Shown: positions 1 to 9,555 of the stretch, piece by piece
How the letters are laid out: each line of letters opens with the position of its first letter
Numbering within the stretch: position 1 is the first letter of the stretch
From: a virus
Lineage: Duplodnaviria; Caudoviricetes
Strand: one strand, 5' to 3'
DNA: 64,000 nt
Virus record (IMG/VR): IMGVR_UViG_3300015607_004593
Coordinates: 1-64,000 of that record
Notes under the pieces: model-generated
Databases searched by the model: none
Seen by the model: only the letters and a program-made list of their open reading frames with translations
Told to the model about the DNA's origin: nothing
Position numbers and translations under genes: made by a program

Positions 1-456
1 AGAAAGAAGATTTGACCAATCCAATCCATCTAATTTTTCCCAAAAAGAACAAAAAGATGATAATTGAGGTTGTTTTGAAAGAAGATTTGACCAATCTTCA
101 CCATCTAATTTATCCCAATAAGAACAATATTTTGAAAATTGAGGTTGTTTAGAAAGAAGGTATGACCAATTTTCACCATTCAATTTTTCCCAAGATAAAC
201 AATGTTCTGAAAATTGAGGTTGTTTAGAAAGAAGGTATGACCAATTTTCACCATTCAATCTTTCCCATGGACAATCATCTATGAATTGAAAATAACCCCT
301 TTCTAAACACCAAACCCTATATTCTAAAGGAATTTCTTCTAAGATAGATTCAAGTGACTCCTGTTCACTTGCCCAAAATAAACCTCCTTTACAAGCTCTA
401 TCTTTTTTAGCTTGAGAAAGTAATTCTTCTTTTGAAGAAAAAACAAAGGTATTCAT
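1..456 (-). CDS. Trp-rich 24-aa repeat protein, paralog C (3' end runs off the window; not in ORF track)
   Basis: Manual translation from ATG at 456: MNTFVFSSKEELLSQAKKDRACKGGLFWASEQESLESILEEIPLEYRVWCLERGYFQFIDDCPWERLNGENWSYLLSKQPQFSEHC...; AGGAG Shine-Dalgarno upstream. Confidence 0.9.
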   Translation of the reverse strand, partial: MNTFVFSSKEELLSQAKKDRACKGGLFWASEQESLESILEEIPLEYRVWCLERGYFQFIDDCPWERLNGENWSYLLSKQPQFSEHCLSWEKLNGENWSYLLSKQPQFSKYCSYWDKLDGEDWSNLLSKQPQLSSFCSFWEKLDGLDWSNLLS

Positions 457-492
457 TTTATTTCTCCTAATTAAACAATTAAAGGTTTAAAC

Positions 493-530
493 AAAAATCC
501 TATCTCATTTAAGAGATAGGGATTAAAAAA
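493..530 (-). terminator. Probable intrinsic terminator
   Basis: ATCCTATCTC/GAGATAGGGAT hairpin flanked by A tracts, just after the stop of 535..1086. Confidence 0.6.
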
Positions 531-534
531 TAAC

Positions 535-1086
535 TTATTTCCTGAATTTTTCAAGCTGAGGTTGGAAATTAATCAGATACATCCAATCATCTTTATTCAA
601 TTTTTCCCATGGGCATTTATCTGAAAATTGAGGATTCTCAGAAAGTAGATAAGCCCAATCCTCACCATTCAATTTATCCCATGAACAAACTTCTGAGAAA
701 CGAGATTGTTTAGAAAGTAATTTTACCCAATCCCAACCATCTAATTTTTCCCAAAGACATCTATCTGAAAATTGAGGTTGTTGAGAAAGAAGATTTGACC
801 AATCTTCACCACTTAACTTTTCCCATGCACAATAAGAAGAAAGATGAGGATGTTCAAAAATTAATAAAACCCAACCATATCCATTGAATCTTTTCCAATC
901 GCAATCCTTTTCAAATTGAGAGTATCCTCTTTTCAAACACCATCGCCTATAGTGAAAGGGTAAATCTTTAAAAACAACATTCAAAGAACTTTGATTTTTT
1001 ACCCACATCAATCCACCTCGGCAAGCTCCATCTTTCTTAGCTTTATTCAAAAGTTCATCTATAGATGAAAAAACAAAGGTAGTCAT
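535..1086 (-). CDS. Trp-rich 24-aa repeat protein, paralog B2 (5 repeats)
   Basis: Family N-terminal domain plus WxKLxGxxWxxLLSxQPQFSxxC repeats; start reassigned to MTTFVFSS (ATG 1086, AGGA SD) by comparison with paralogs. Confidence 0.9.
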   Translation of the reverse strand: MTTFVFSSIDELLNKAKKDGACRGGLMWVKNQSSLNVVFKDLPFHYRRWCLKRGYSQFEKDCDWKRFNGYGWVLLIFEHPHLSSYCAWEKLSGEDWSNLLSQQPQFSDRCLWEKLDGWDWVKLLSKQSRFSEVCSWDKLNGEDWAYLLSENPQFSDKCPWEKLNKDDWMYLINFQPQLEKFRK

Positions 1087-1099
1087 TTTTAATCCTATC

Positions 1100-1585
1100 C
1101 TACTTTTTGAATGTTTCAAATTGAGGTTGATGTATAAGTAAATATTTCCAATCGTTATTGTTTAATTTTTCCCATTTACAAAATTCAAAAAATTGAGGTT
1201 GGCGTGTAAGTAAATATCTCCAATCCCCACCGTCTAATTTTTCCCATGAACACATATTTGAATATTTTGGATGTTTAGAAAGAATATATGCCCAATGCCA
1301 TCCATCTAAATTTTCTAATGAGCAAAGATTTAACAATTGAGGTTGTTTTGAAAGAAGGATTGACCAATCATATTCATCTAACTTTTCCCAAGGACAATCA
1401 TTTAAGAATTGAAAATAACCTTTTCTTAAACACCACAGTCTATAATCTAAGGGAATTTCTTTTAGAATTGTTTCTAAAGAATCTTTCTCCTTAGCCCAAA
1501 GTAAACCATATACACAAGCTTCATCTTTCTTTGCTTGTTCTAAGAGTTCTTCTTTTGAAGAAAAAACAAATCCTTCATTATTCAT
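1100..1585 (-). CDS. Trp-rich 24-aa repeat protein, paralog A2 (4 repeats)
   Basis: Same architecture; blocks near-identical to 1612..2529. Confidence 0.9.
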   Translation of the reverse strand: MNNEGFVFSSKEELLEQAKKDEACVYGLLWAKEKDSLETILKEIPLDYRLWCLRKGYFQFLNDCPWEKLDEYDWSILLSKQPQLLNLCSLENLDGWHWAYILSKHPKYSNMCSWEKLDGGDWRYLLTRQPQFFEFCKWEKLNNNDWKYLLIHQPQFETFKK

Positions 1586-1611
1586 GATTTACACCTTTAA
1601 AAAAAGAAAAC

Positions 1612-2529
1612 TTATTTCCTGAATGTTTCAAATTGAGGTTGATGTATAAGTAAATATCTCCAATCATTACCATCTAACTTTTCCCATTTACAAAACTCTG
1701 AAAATTGAGGTTGGCGTGTAAGTAAATATCTCCAATCATTACCATCTAACTTTTCCCATTTACAAAACTCTGAAAATTGAGGTTGGCGTGTAAGTAAATA
1801 TCTCCAATCCCCACCGTCTAATTTTTCCCATGAACACATATTTGAATATTTTGGATGTTTAGAAAGAAGATAAACCCAATCCAACCCATTCAATTCTTTC
1901 CAAGGATATTTACATATAAACTGAGGTTGAAAATAAAAAAGAACTGCCCAATCACCCCAATATAAGGTTTCCCAAAGACATCTATCAGAAAATTGAGGTT
2001 GTTTAGAAAGAAGGATTGACCAATCAAATCCTTTTAATTTTTCCCAAGGGCATATATTTGAAAATTGAGGTTGATGTGAAAGAAGATTTGCCCAATTCCA
2101 TCCATCTAAATTTTCTAATGGACAAAGATTTAACAATTGAGGTTGATGTGAAAGAAGATATGCCCAATGCCATCCATCTAAATTTTCTAATGAGCAAAGA
2201 TTTAACAATTGAGGTTGTTTTGAAAGAATATATGCCCAATACCATCCATCTAATTTTTCTAAAGGGCAAAGATTTAACAATTGAGGTTGAGAGGAAAGAA
2301 GAATTGCCCAATCCAATCTATCTAATTCTTCCCACACACAATCATCTAGGAATTGATAATAACCTTGTTTTAAACACCATATTCTATATTCTAAAGAAAT
2401 TTCTTTTAGGATTGTTTCTAAAGAGTTTTGTTTCTTAGCCCAATTCAAACCTTTTTTACAAGCTCCATCTTTTATAGATTGTTTTAAGAGTTCTTCTTTT
2501 GAAGAAAAAACAAATCCATCATTGTTCAT
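1612..2529 (-). CDS. Trp-rich 24-aa repeat protein, paralog A1 (10 repeats)
   Basis: Ten 24-aa units; exact 72-bp tandem duplication visible at 1651/1723. Confidence 0.9.
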   Translation of the reverse strand: MNNDGFVFSSKEELLKQSIKDGACKKGLNWAKKQNSLETILKEISLEYRIWCLKQGYYQFLDDCVWEELDRLDWAILLSSQPQLLNLCPLEKLDGWYWAYILSKQPQLLNLCSLENLDGWHWAYLLSHQPQLLNLCPLENLDGWNWANLLSHQPQFSNICPWEKLKGFDWSILLSKQPQFSDRCLWETLYWGDWAVLFYFQPQFICKYPWKELNGLDWVYLLSKHPKYSNMCSWEKLDGGDWRYLLTRQPQFSEFCKWEKLDGNDWRYLLTRQPQFSEFCKWEKLDGNDWRYLLIHQPQFETFRK

Positions 2530-2555
2530 GATTTACACCTTTAAAAAAAGAAAAC

Positions 2556-3257
2556 TTATTTCCTGAATTTTTCAAATTGTGGTTGAGAAGAAAGAAGGAT
2601 TGACCAATCCAATCTTTCTAATTTTTCCCAAGGACATCTATCAGAGAATTGAGGTTGTTTTGAAAGAAGGATTGACCAATCACATCCATCTAATTGTTCC
2701 CAACATGAACAAAATTCTGAAAATTGTGGTTGTTCAGAAAGAAATATTACCCAATCCCATCTATCTAATTTCTTCCAATGACATCTATCAGAGAGTTGAG
2801 GTTGTTTTGAAAGTAAACTTTCCCAATCTTCACCATCTAATTTATCCCAAAAACAAAACTCTGAGAATTGAGGTTGTTTCTGAAGAAGTAAACTCCAATT
2901 CCAACCATCTAATTTATTCCAATAACAAAAATCAGAGAATTGAGGTTGTTTCTGAAGAAGTAAACTCCAATTCCAACCATCTAATTTATCCCAATAAGAA
3001 CAAAAAAAAGAAAATTGAGGTTTCTCTTGAAGAAGTAAACTCCAATCCTCACCATCTAATTGTTCCCAATCGCAATTTTTCTCAAATTGATAATATCCTT
3101 TTTTTAAACACCATACTCTATATTTTAAAGGAATTTCCTTTAGAATTGTTTCTAAAGAATCTTGTTCTTTTATCCATTCAAAACTTTTATTACAAACTCC
3201 ATCTTTTTCAGATTGTTCTAAGAGTTCATCTATAGATGAAAAAACAAAGGTAGTCAT
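2556..3257 (-). CDS. Trp-rich 24-aa repeat protein, paralog B1 (7 repeats)
   Basis: Same architecture; start reassigned to MTTFVFSS (ATG 3257). Confidence 0.9.
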   Translation of the reverse strand: MTTFVFSSIDELLEQSEKDGVCNKSFEWIKEQDSLETILKEIPLKYRVWCLKKGYYQFEKNCDWEQLDGEDWSLLLQEKPQFSFFCSYWDKLDGWNWSLLLQKQPQFSDFCYWNKLDGWNWSLLLQKQPQFSEFCFWDKLDGEDWESLLSKQPQLSDRCHWKKLDRWDWVIFLSEQPQFSEFCSCWEQLDGCDWSILLSKQPQFSDRCPWEKLERLDWSILLSSQPQFEKFRK

Positions 3258-3333
3258 TTTTAATCCTATCCTACTTTTTGAATGTTTCAAATTGAGGTTG
3301 TAAGGAATATTATAGTCTGAAACAAGTATTATT

Positions 3334-5037
3334 TTATCTACAAGTAAAATTATTTTCTTGCATAAACTTCAAAGGAGATAAAAGATGGACGATAACATCA
3401 ACAGTCCACCCATTTCCTAATTGCCGATATTTTTCTTTTTCATTAACTCCATCAACATTAACAAAATAATCTTCAGGAACAGTTTGGAGACGACAACATT
3501 CTTTTACTGTCAACTTTCTGAAACCTGTTTCTTGTGTATTATCAATAATTAATTGACCAACAGACCTATTTTTATAATGATTTACACAACTTTTTGAATT
3601 ATTCTTTTCAGAATAAGAAGCAAGAAGAGTCACAGCTTTTGTTCTTTCTGAATGTCCATATTCTAAAATGTCATTAAGTTCAATATTATTATCGTCAATA
3701 TAATCAATAAAAGGTATGTTTGTCCAATAGTATCTTGATCTTAATTGTGCAGATACTTTTGCAGAATTTATCTTCTTTGGTTTTACTCCTAATTCATTTG
3801 AAATAATATCTTCATATTCTTTCTTCATCTTCACATTTTCTAAAAGAAAATAAGATGGTTTACACTCATGTAACAATCGAACATATTCAAAAAATAATTT
3901 ACTCCGATGATCATTAAAATTTAATTGGTTTCCCATAAAGGAAAATCCCTGACAATTATGGACAATTAAATTATTAACGATATATGAATTATCTTCTTCT
4001 ACTTCGATGTTATAAACATCATTAATTCCATTTTCAATAAATGATTTACTTTTAGTTAAATTATATGAAATGTAATTATCGTTACATTCAAATTTACTTG
4101 ATTTGTTTTGATCTTCAGAATAAGTTATTTCATAAGAATTCCTTTGATTAACAATTCTTCCTTTTATTACAGTTTTAGCATTTCTTTTTGTATAGCAGAT
4201 AGAAACACCTTCAAAACATTTTTGAATAGCTAATGCTAAAGTTAATGTTAATTTCTCACTAACTTTAGCATTTCTTTTATAAACATTCTGACCTAATGAA
4301 TTCTTTCTTACATGCCCATCACAATCCATATATCCATTGATGAATTTAATTAAACGATTTACAGGTAAATCTAAGATAAAATTAGGAATGAATTTATTGT
4401 GGGCAAGATGACCAAATTTTTCACCTAGTTCAACCCATTTTTTTCTATTAATAAAAGCATTGAAAACTGTTTTATCTTCAATATAAGAAAATCTATCATC
4501 TACTTTACTTTTGAAGTCGTCTATTTTATGTTTATCTTTTGTTATATAAGGTTGAACTGAACAATGCCAATAAAGTCCGTTATATTCTATTGCAAGATTA
4601 TGATTAGGGATGTAAATATCTAATTCTTTTGAACCTGATAAAATTTTTCTTGTTTTTTCAGAATTGCTATCAAGATATGTTTTACAAAAATCTTTAATTT
4701 CTTTTTCTTCTTTTGATTCTCTTGTGTTTGAGAATGAAGGCGGATAATTTGTTCCATATCTAGTTTGACAAGTTTTTATTTTCCTTTCTATTTGAGATTG
4801 ACTACCAAATGAACTTTCTCTCCCATATCTATAATCTAGTATAGATTGATTAGGTTTTAAGATTTTAAAGTCATTAAGAATTCTAATAAGAGTTGGATGA
4901 AAAATACCATAAAAATCTGCTATCTCTTGAGAAGTTAATGATATGTCTTTTAACTTAGTTTCTAATTCTTCTCTATCAAAAGAATTTAAAGAGATTTTAT
5001 TATGTGCAATTCTATCTCTTTTTTTATTTTATATTTT
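3334..5037 (-). pseudogene. Fusion reading frame: truncated Hef/Vsr-like endonuclease + C-terminal half of a LAGLIDADG intein + C-terminal part of a C5-cytosine DNA methyltransferase
   Basis: Frame of ORF 3334..4329 stays open to about 5037. It contains ELDIYIPNHNLAIEYNGLYWH, then KFIPNFILDLP...FINGYMDCDG, VYNIEVEEDNSYIVNNLIVHN|CQGFS, ENV, Q-x-R-x-R and RQLGNGW. MTase motif I and the intein N-terminus are absent. Confidence 0.75.
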
Positions 5038-5498
5038 TTAAACAATCTATTATAAAGGTCAATTCCTATATTCCATTTTTTCATTATATCATGAGGATGA
5101 AGATTATTAAAATAATCTTTTTCAAATTCTTCTTTTGAAGGGATATTTCCTGAATGATAAAATTTTTTAATTTCAATACCAAATCCTTTGAAAAGATTAT
5201 AGAGAGTTTTTCCTTGAAACGCAAATTCATCTGAAATTTGTTTTATTGTTTTTTCTTTTTCTAAATGTTCTTTTTCTAAAAATTCTTTTGTAACCCAAAG
5301 ATGAAAATTCATTGTTACCCAAAGAGCTTTTTCTTCAAAAGAAAAAAATGGATAATTAAATGCTTCATTGTTGATAAATGAAATTTCATCTTCAGTTAAT
5401 TTATACAACCATTGTTTTTGAAATTGTTTTCCTGAAGCATTTAATAATTTAGATTTAATTGAATTAAGAAAAGGAACTTTATCTATATTTTTTTTCAC
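4986..5498 (-). CDS. N-terminal part of putative homing endonuclease (HTH-like repeats), probably joined to 3334..5037 by a -1 frameshift
   Basis: Repeated 'KEFLEKEH...TIKQISDEF...LYNLFKGFGI'-type units continue in the -1 frame after an A7 run at 5019..5025. Confidence 0.6.
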   Translation of the reverse strand: MKKNIDKVPFLNSIKSKLLNASGKQFQKQWLYKLTEDEISFINNEAFNYPFFSFEEKALWVTMNFHLWVTKEFLEKEHLEKEKTIKQISDEFAFQGKTLYNLFKGFGIEIKKFYHSGNIPSKEEFEKDYFNNLHPHDIMKKWNIGIDLYNRLFKKYKIKKEIELHIIKSL

Positions 5499-5590
5499 AA
5501 AGCTATAACTCCTATTTTACATCATTATATGTAAATTTTATTTAAAATCAAGCTATATGATAAAAAGTGTTTAAATTTTTTAAGACAAAT

Positions 5591-5620
5591 AAAAAACTCC
5601 CCGATAAAGGGGAGTTTAAA
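5591..5620 (-). terminator. Intrinsic terminator after major capsid gene
   Basis: AAACTCCCC-GATAAA-GGGGAGTTT hairpin with U tract on the minus strand. Confidence 0.85.
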
Positions 5621-5642
5621 AAATAATTTATTTTTAAAATTA

Positions 5643-7004
5643 TTAGATTAAATTTAAAACTTTGAACTTTCTGTAGTAAACATTAGCACCGGCGGATAAT
5701 GACGTGAAAGGATTTGCTACAAATCCGTAACGGGTCTTAAATCCAATTGCTGGTTGGAAAGTAGTAGGATTAATTGACCTAACTAACTCTAAAGGAATAT
5801 ATGGACAGAAGAAAGCACCTGAATCATAAGCAGAATTGCCCTTATACCCTAAAGTAATATAGTCATAAGTACCAGTCCAATACGGGTCAATATAAACCTT
5901 ATAACGCCCGGCTAAAGTTCCAGCAAAGATATTTCCTGAATCATCAACTTCTAAATTGCCTTGCATTGCTGGTGCATAATCTAAGATTTGAGCCATGGCA
6001 AGTGCAGAAGCAACGTCAGAAGTACAAACAATGAAATTTGCTTTACCTCTTCTTGTTTCACGAGCAATAATATTTGCTTCACGTTCGATATGGAACATCA
6101 AACCTTTCCATTTCTCAACAGACCAACGACCATCGGAATCCGTATCAGCATCAAAGATACCTTTATAATCGGCTTTAGATTGCATACCGACTTTTGCGGC
6201 TCTAATAATTGAATAAAGAATTTCGCGATTAATTTCTAATGAGATTTCAGTAGAAAGAATATTTGTTAATTCTGATTCTACAGACATTCCTCTCATTTGT
6301 TTCAGGTCTTGTTCTAATTCAGTCGTATAATCGGCTCTTAATGCTCTTGATTTTGCAGTAACAGTGGTACGATCAATGGTGAAAGACATTTGACCAAATG
6401 CAGGGCCACCAGCTCCACCCCAATTTTCAGCATTAGTATTTCCAGCCGTATTTGCACCAAATCCAACTGCACCGAGAGTATTGTCATAAGTATCAATACC
6501 AACGCCGGGGTTGAACGTGGTTGAATTAGCTATAATGTTGTTATTAGAACCGGCTGAAAACATATCAGTGACTTGATCAGTACCAGGAAGTCCCGGCCCA
6601 CCTTGACCTTTACCTGAGTATTCAGTTCGTGGTGCATTGAAAAGAGCTTCGTCCCAATTTGCTCTTAAAGGATCATCAGCATATTGTGAACGCATTGCAA
6701 AGATTTGACCAACTGGGCCATTCATTGGTTGAACTGAACAAATGTCATAAGCAATGACAGAAGGCATAGTTCTACGAATAAGATTAATTAAAACAGGTTC
6801 CCAATTATTAATACCACCTGATGAAATAGAAGTTAGAGGAGCCGCCTCAGTTAAAAACGTCTGTTGAGTATTTTCTAATAAAACCCCGGTAACTTCTCTA
6901 CGATAATCATCTCTAATCTTTGGAAAAGCAGTATTATCAAGAATAGGTGCCCACTTTTTATCTTGTGTTTCAGTTAAATAAACCTTCATTGGTATTTTCT
7001 CCAT
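5643..7004 (-). CDS. gp23: Major capsid protein (T4 gp23-like)
   Basis: KWAPIL, LLEN, RRTMPSVIAYDICSVQPMNGPVGQIFAMR, TAKSRALRADYTTELEQDLK, FQPAIGFKTRYG. Confidence 0.98.
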   Translation of the reverse strand: MEKIPMKVYLTETQDKKWAPILDNTAFPKIRDDYRREVTGVLLENTQQTFLTEAAPLTSISSGGINNWEPVLINLIRRTMPSVIAYDICSVQPMNGPVGQIFAMRSQYADDPLRANWDEALFNAPRTEYSGKGQGGPGLPGTDQVTDMFSAGSNNNIIANSTTFNPGVGIDTYDNTLGAVGFGANTAGNTNAENWGGAGGPAFGQMSFTIDRTTVTAKSRALRADYTTELEQDLKQMRGMSVESELTNILSTEISLEINREILYSIIRAAKVGMQSKADYKGIFDADTDSDGRWSVEKWKGLMFHIEREANIIARETRRGKANFIVCTSDVASALAMAQILDYAPAMQGNLEVDDSGNIFAGTLAGRYKVYIDPYWTGTYDYITLGYKGNSAYDSGAFFCPYIPLELVRSINPTTFQPAIGFKTRYGFVANPFTSLSAGANVYYRKFKVLNLI

Positions 7005-7087
7005 TCCTTTTTTGTTTTCAAAATCTTTTAAAGTGATAAATCTATGAAAATAAATTATTAATTTTATTTATTTAGTAAAATTAAAAT

Positions 7088-8059
7088 TTATCTCATTTTC
7101 AGCATAGCATCTAAATAAGCCTGAATTTTTGGGTCTACATCGCCAGATTCTTTTTCTTGTGTAATGCTTGCCTTTCCTTCATTTAATTGCGTTTGAGATA
7201 TATTTTCTCTTGAAGAAGAATTTGAAGAAGCTGGGACTGTTAAAGATTCTTTCAAAAGGTGAATCTGATTCTTAAATTCTTCTGTAGTCTTAGCCTTTAC
7301 TGTTTCAGAAAGAGTTTGTAATCTTTCTTTATCAATATCCGTTAAATCTCTTGATTCTTCTTCAATAATTAATCTCTTATTCAAATCAGAAACTTTCTTA
7401 GAAAGAGTCTTAACCTTTGTATTTAAATCTACATTTGATTCATAAAGAGATTTTGACTTATCTTCTAATTCAGTAATAAGATTGATGTTATCTTGAGGAA
7501 CATCAATATAATTAGATTCAAATAATCTCTTAAGACCTAAAAGAACTGAATCTGAAATCTGATTCTTAACTCCACTCTCAATTCCAATCTTATTCTCTTC
7601 AACCCACTCATTAATAACATAATCAAGATAAGAATCTAAACGATCTTCCATTTCATCAATTTTCTGTTCTGAAATAAGTTCTAATTCTTGTCTCACATAA
7701 TCAGCATAGGAATCTACAGATTGTTGACTTTCCGTTAAGAATTTATCAACTTTATCCGTCAATCCTTTAACTTGTTCAGATACTTTATTATTGACTGAAG
7801 AATTAAAGATAACTTGAAGTTTTTCTTTTACTTCTTCTGTCAATAATTCATTTCCTGAATCTGAAGCAATTGTTTCAGATATAAGATTTGAATGGTCTAA
7901 AGTATCTGTAGTTTCTACTTCATAGTTCTCTGTGATAAGATGATTTTCTAATTTAGAAAAATTTTCCTCATCAAGAAGTTGAATAAATCTTGTTAAATCA
8001 TTCTTCTTTTTAATAAATTCTAATTGATCCATGTTTCCCTCTTTCCTTCCTTTTTTCAT
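7088..8059 (-). CDS. gp22: Prohead core scaffold protein (gp22-like); start may be Met at 8032
   Basis: LDSYLDYVINEWVEENKIGIE, GLKRLFESNYIDVP; position between gp21 and gp23. Confidence 0.92.
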   Translation of the reverse strand: MKKGRKEGNMDQLEFIKKKNDLTRFIQLLDEENFSKLENHLITENYEVETTDTLDHSNLISETIASDSGNELLTEEVKEKLQVIFNSSVNNKVSEQVKGLTDKVDKFLTESQQSVDSYADYVRQELELISEQKIDEMEDRLDSYLDYVINEWVEENKIGIESGVKNQISDSVLLGLKRLFESNYIDVPQDNINLITELEDKSKSLYESNVDLNTKVKTLSKKVSDLNKRLIIEEESRDLTDIDKERLQTLSETVKAKTTEEFKNQIHLLKESLTVPASSNSSSRENISQTQLNEGKASITQEKESGDVDPKIQAYLDAMLKMR

Positions 8060-8141
8060 AAAAATAGTAAATTTATTTAATAAATTTTTTAAGAAAATAT
8101 GTTATATAAAAAGTATTTATTAAAATTAAAACTGAACTCTA

Positions 8142-8798
8142 TTATAAAATAGAAAGAAATTTGTTGAATTGTAATAACATCTCTTCTTTTGTTTTTTTCG
8201 CAGATTGATGTTTTATAGTCTCTCTATAATCATCTATAAACATTTCTCTTAATAAACCTTGTCCGTCAACAACCCATTCTTTATTTTCTAAGATTCCATT
8301 AACAAAGGCATCTGGTGCAGAAGGTTCATAAACAATATCTGCGGCGGTACAAAGTTTAAAATTGTTTTGAACTTCATTAATTCCATTGATAGTTTTCACT
8401 GAACCTAATGCTCTTGTTGAAACTGCTAATTGAACTCCACCTTCTAAAAGAGCTTGAACAATCAAACCGTCAGGGGTATTTAAAATTCTAGCTTTTCCAA
8501 TCCAATTACATTCACCCTTAGACTTATTTAACATTTCCTCTCTCAGTTCAACAATAAGATGCGATGCCTTTTTCATATCAATAACAGGAGTAGGAGGATG
8601 ATTAAATTCACCTAATGCTCTATTTTTTTTAACCTTAGTTTGAATATATTCATCAATAGGATTTTTTACATTCTCATAGATATATTTTCTTTTGTTTGCG
8701 TTCACAATTCCGGTTTGAATAAACGGCCCAACAAGATAATGAAATTTATTTTCTTGATTGAAAGAAACATCTCTAAGTTGCTCTACGATTAATTTCAT
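8142..8798 (-). CDS. gp21: Prohead protease (gp21-like)
   Basis: GPFIQ...NANKRKY, RALGEFNHP, STRALGS, DIVYEPSAPDAFV. Confidence 0.96.
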   Translation of the reverse strand: MKLIVEQLRDVSFNQENKFHYLVGPFIQTGIVNANKRKYIYENVKNPIDEYIQTKVKKNRALGEFNHPPTPVIDMKKASHLIVELREEMLNKSKGECNWIGKARILNTPDGLIVQALLEGGVQLAVSTRALGSVKTINGINEVQNNFKLCTAADIVYEPSAPDAFVNGILENKEWVVDGQGLLREMFIDDYRETIKHQSAKKTKEEMLLQFNKFLSIL

Positions 8799-8829
8799 TG
8801 TTTTTGAAATCCTTTTCTTTTAACATAAT

Positions 8830-9297
8830 TTAAATTGGTTTTGTAGATTTTAATCCTAAAGATTTTCTTCTTTTCCAAGCTAATCTCATGTGAAAAGCTA
8901 CTCTCTTTTTAAATCCAAGTCCCTTAGATGCAATAGTTCTTAATCTTTTCTTTGATGATAATTTAAACCCTAACTTTTGAGTTGCAGTTTCTTGATTGTA
9001 ATGAAACTTCTTTCTAATAAACCCCGGACGTTTTTGTAAAATCCTTTCTTCATCCCCATGATAATTTAATGATCTAATGATATGACCTGCTTCAGATAAA
9101 ATCGCGGTTGTTTCATTTGAAATGAAAGGAGAAAAATTGATAGAAGAATCAGAACAAGAAATATCTTCAAAGAGAGTAGAAGATATTTTCATTTTTTGAT
9201 TTTTTTCTGCTCTTTCTCTTTTCTGATTTAATGAGTTTCTTATTAAATCTCTAAATGCCACAGAATCTTTATCTAAAGTCTGTATAATCTTTTCCAT
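8830..9297 (-). CDS. Probable prohead core protein (gp68-like)
   Basis: Synteny; basic C-terminus ending in RRKSLGL as in gp68-type proteins. Confidence 0.55.
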   Translation of the reverse strand: MEKIIQTLDKDSVAFRDLIRNSLNQKRERAEKNQKMKISSTLFEDISCSDSSINFSPFISNETTAILSEAGHIIRSLNYHGDEERILQKRPGFIRKKFHYNQETATQKLGFKLSSKKRLRTIASKGLGFKKRVAFHMRLAWKRRKSLGLKSTKPI

Positions 9298-9324
9298 TTT
9301 TGATTTACTCCTATTTTTTATTTT

Positions 9325-9513
9325 TTACTTTGGGGAGCATGTTTTATGCTGAATAATTGTAGAACCAATTTCCATTTTTAAATTTTCTATTTTTTCCAAT
9401 GATTTTTCATAGAGTTTTTTAAAAACAGCGGTTTTAAATTCTTTTTTTGAAGAATCAATATTTTTATCATTTTCATTTAAAAAATCTTTCAAGCGGACAT
9501 GTTTATCTTTCAT
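9325..9513 (-). CDS. Small prohead core protein (gp67-like)
   Basis: Synteny after the portal; size and charged helical composition. Confidence 0.5.
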   Translation of the reverse strand: MKDKHVRLKDFLNENDKNIDSSKKEFKTAVFKKLYEKSLEKIENLKMEIGSTIIQHKTCSPK

Positions 9514-9555
9514 AAATTTTTCTCGTTAATAAGATTAAAAAAAGTATTTTTATAA

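Noticed and set aside
1087-1119. MKHSKSRIGLK N-terminal extensions (also 3258..3290)
   Set aside because: Arise from a TTG inside the 3' end of the upstream paralog; paralog alignment and SD support the downstream ATG
1288-3235. Plus-strand ORFs 1288..1494, 2016..2438, 2579..3235 and alternative-frame 2024..2311
   Set aside because: Shadow frames of the 72-bp coding repeat; no SD or independent motifs
1-3300. CRISPR array or diversity-generating retroelement explanation for the 72-bp periodicity
   Set aside because: Units are in-frame coding repeats without unique spacers. One position does vary as NAT (D/N/H/Y), but changes elsewhere are not adenine-restricted and no reverse transcriptase or non-coding template is in the window.
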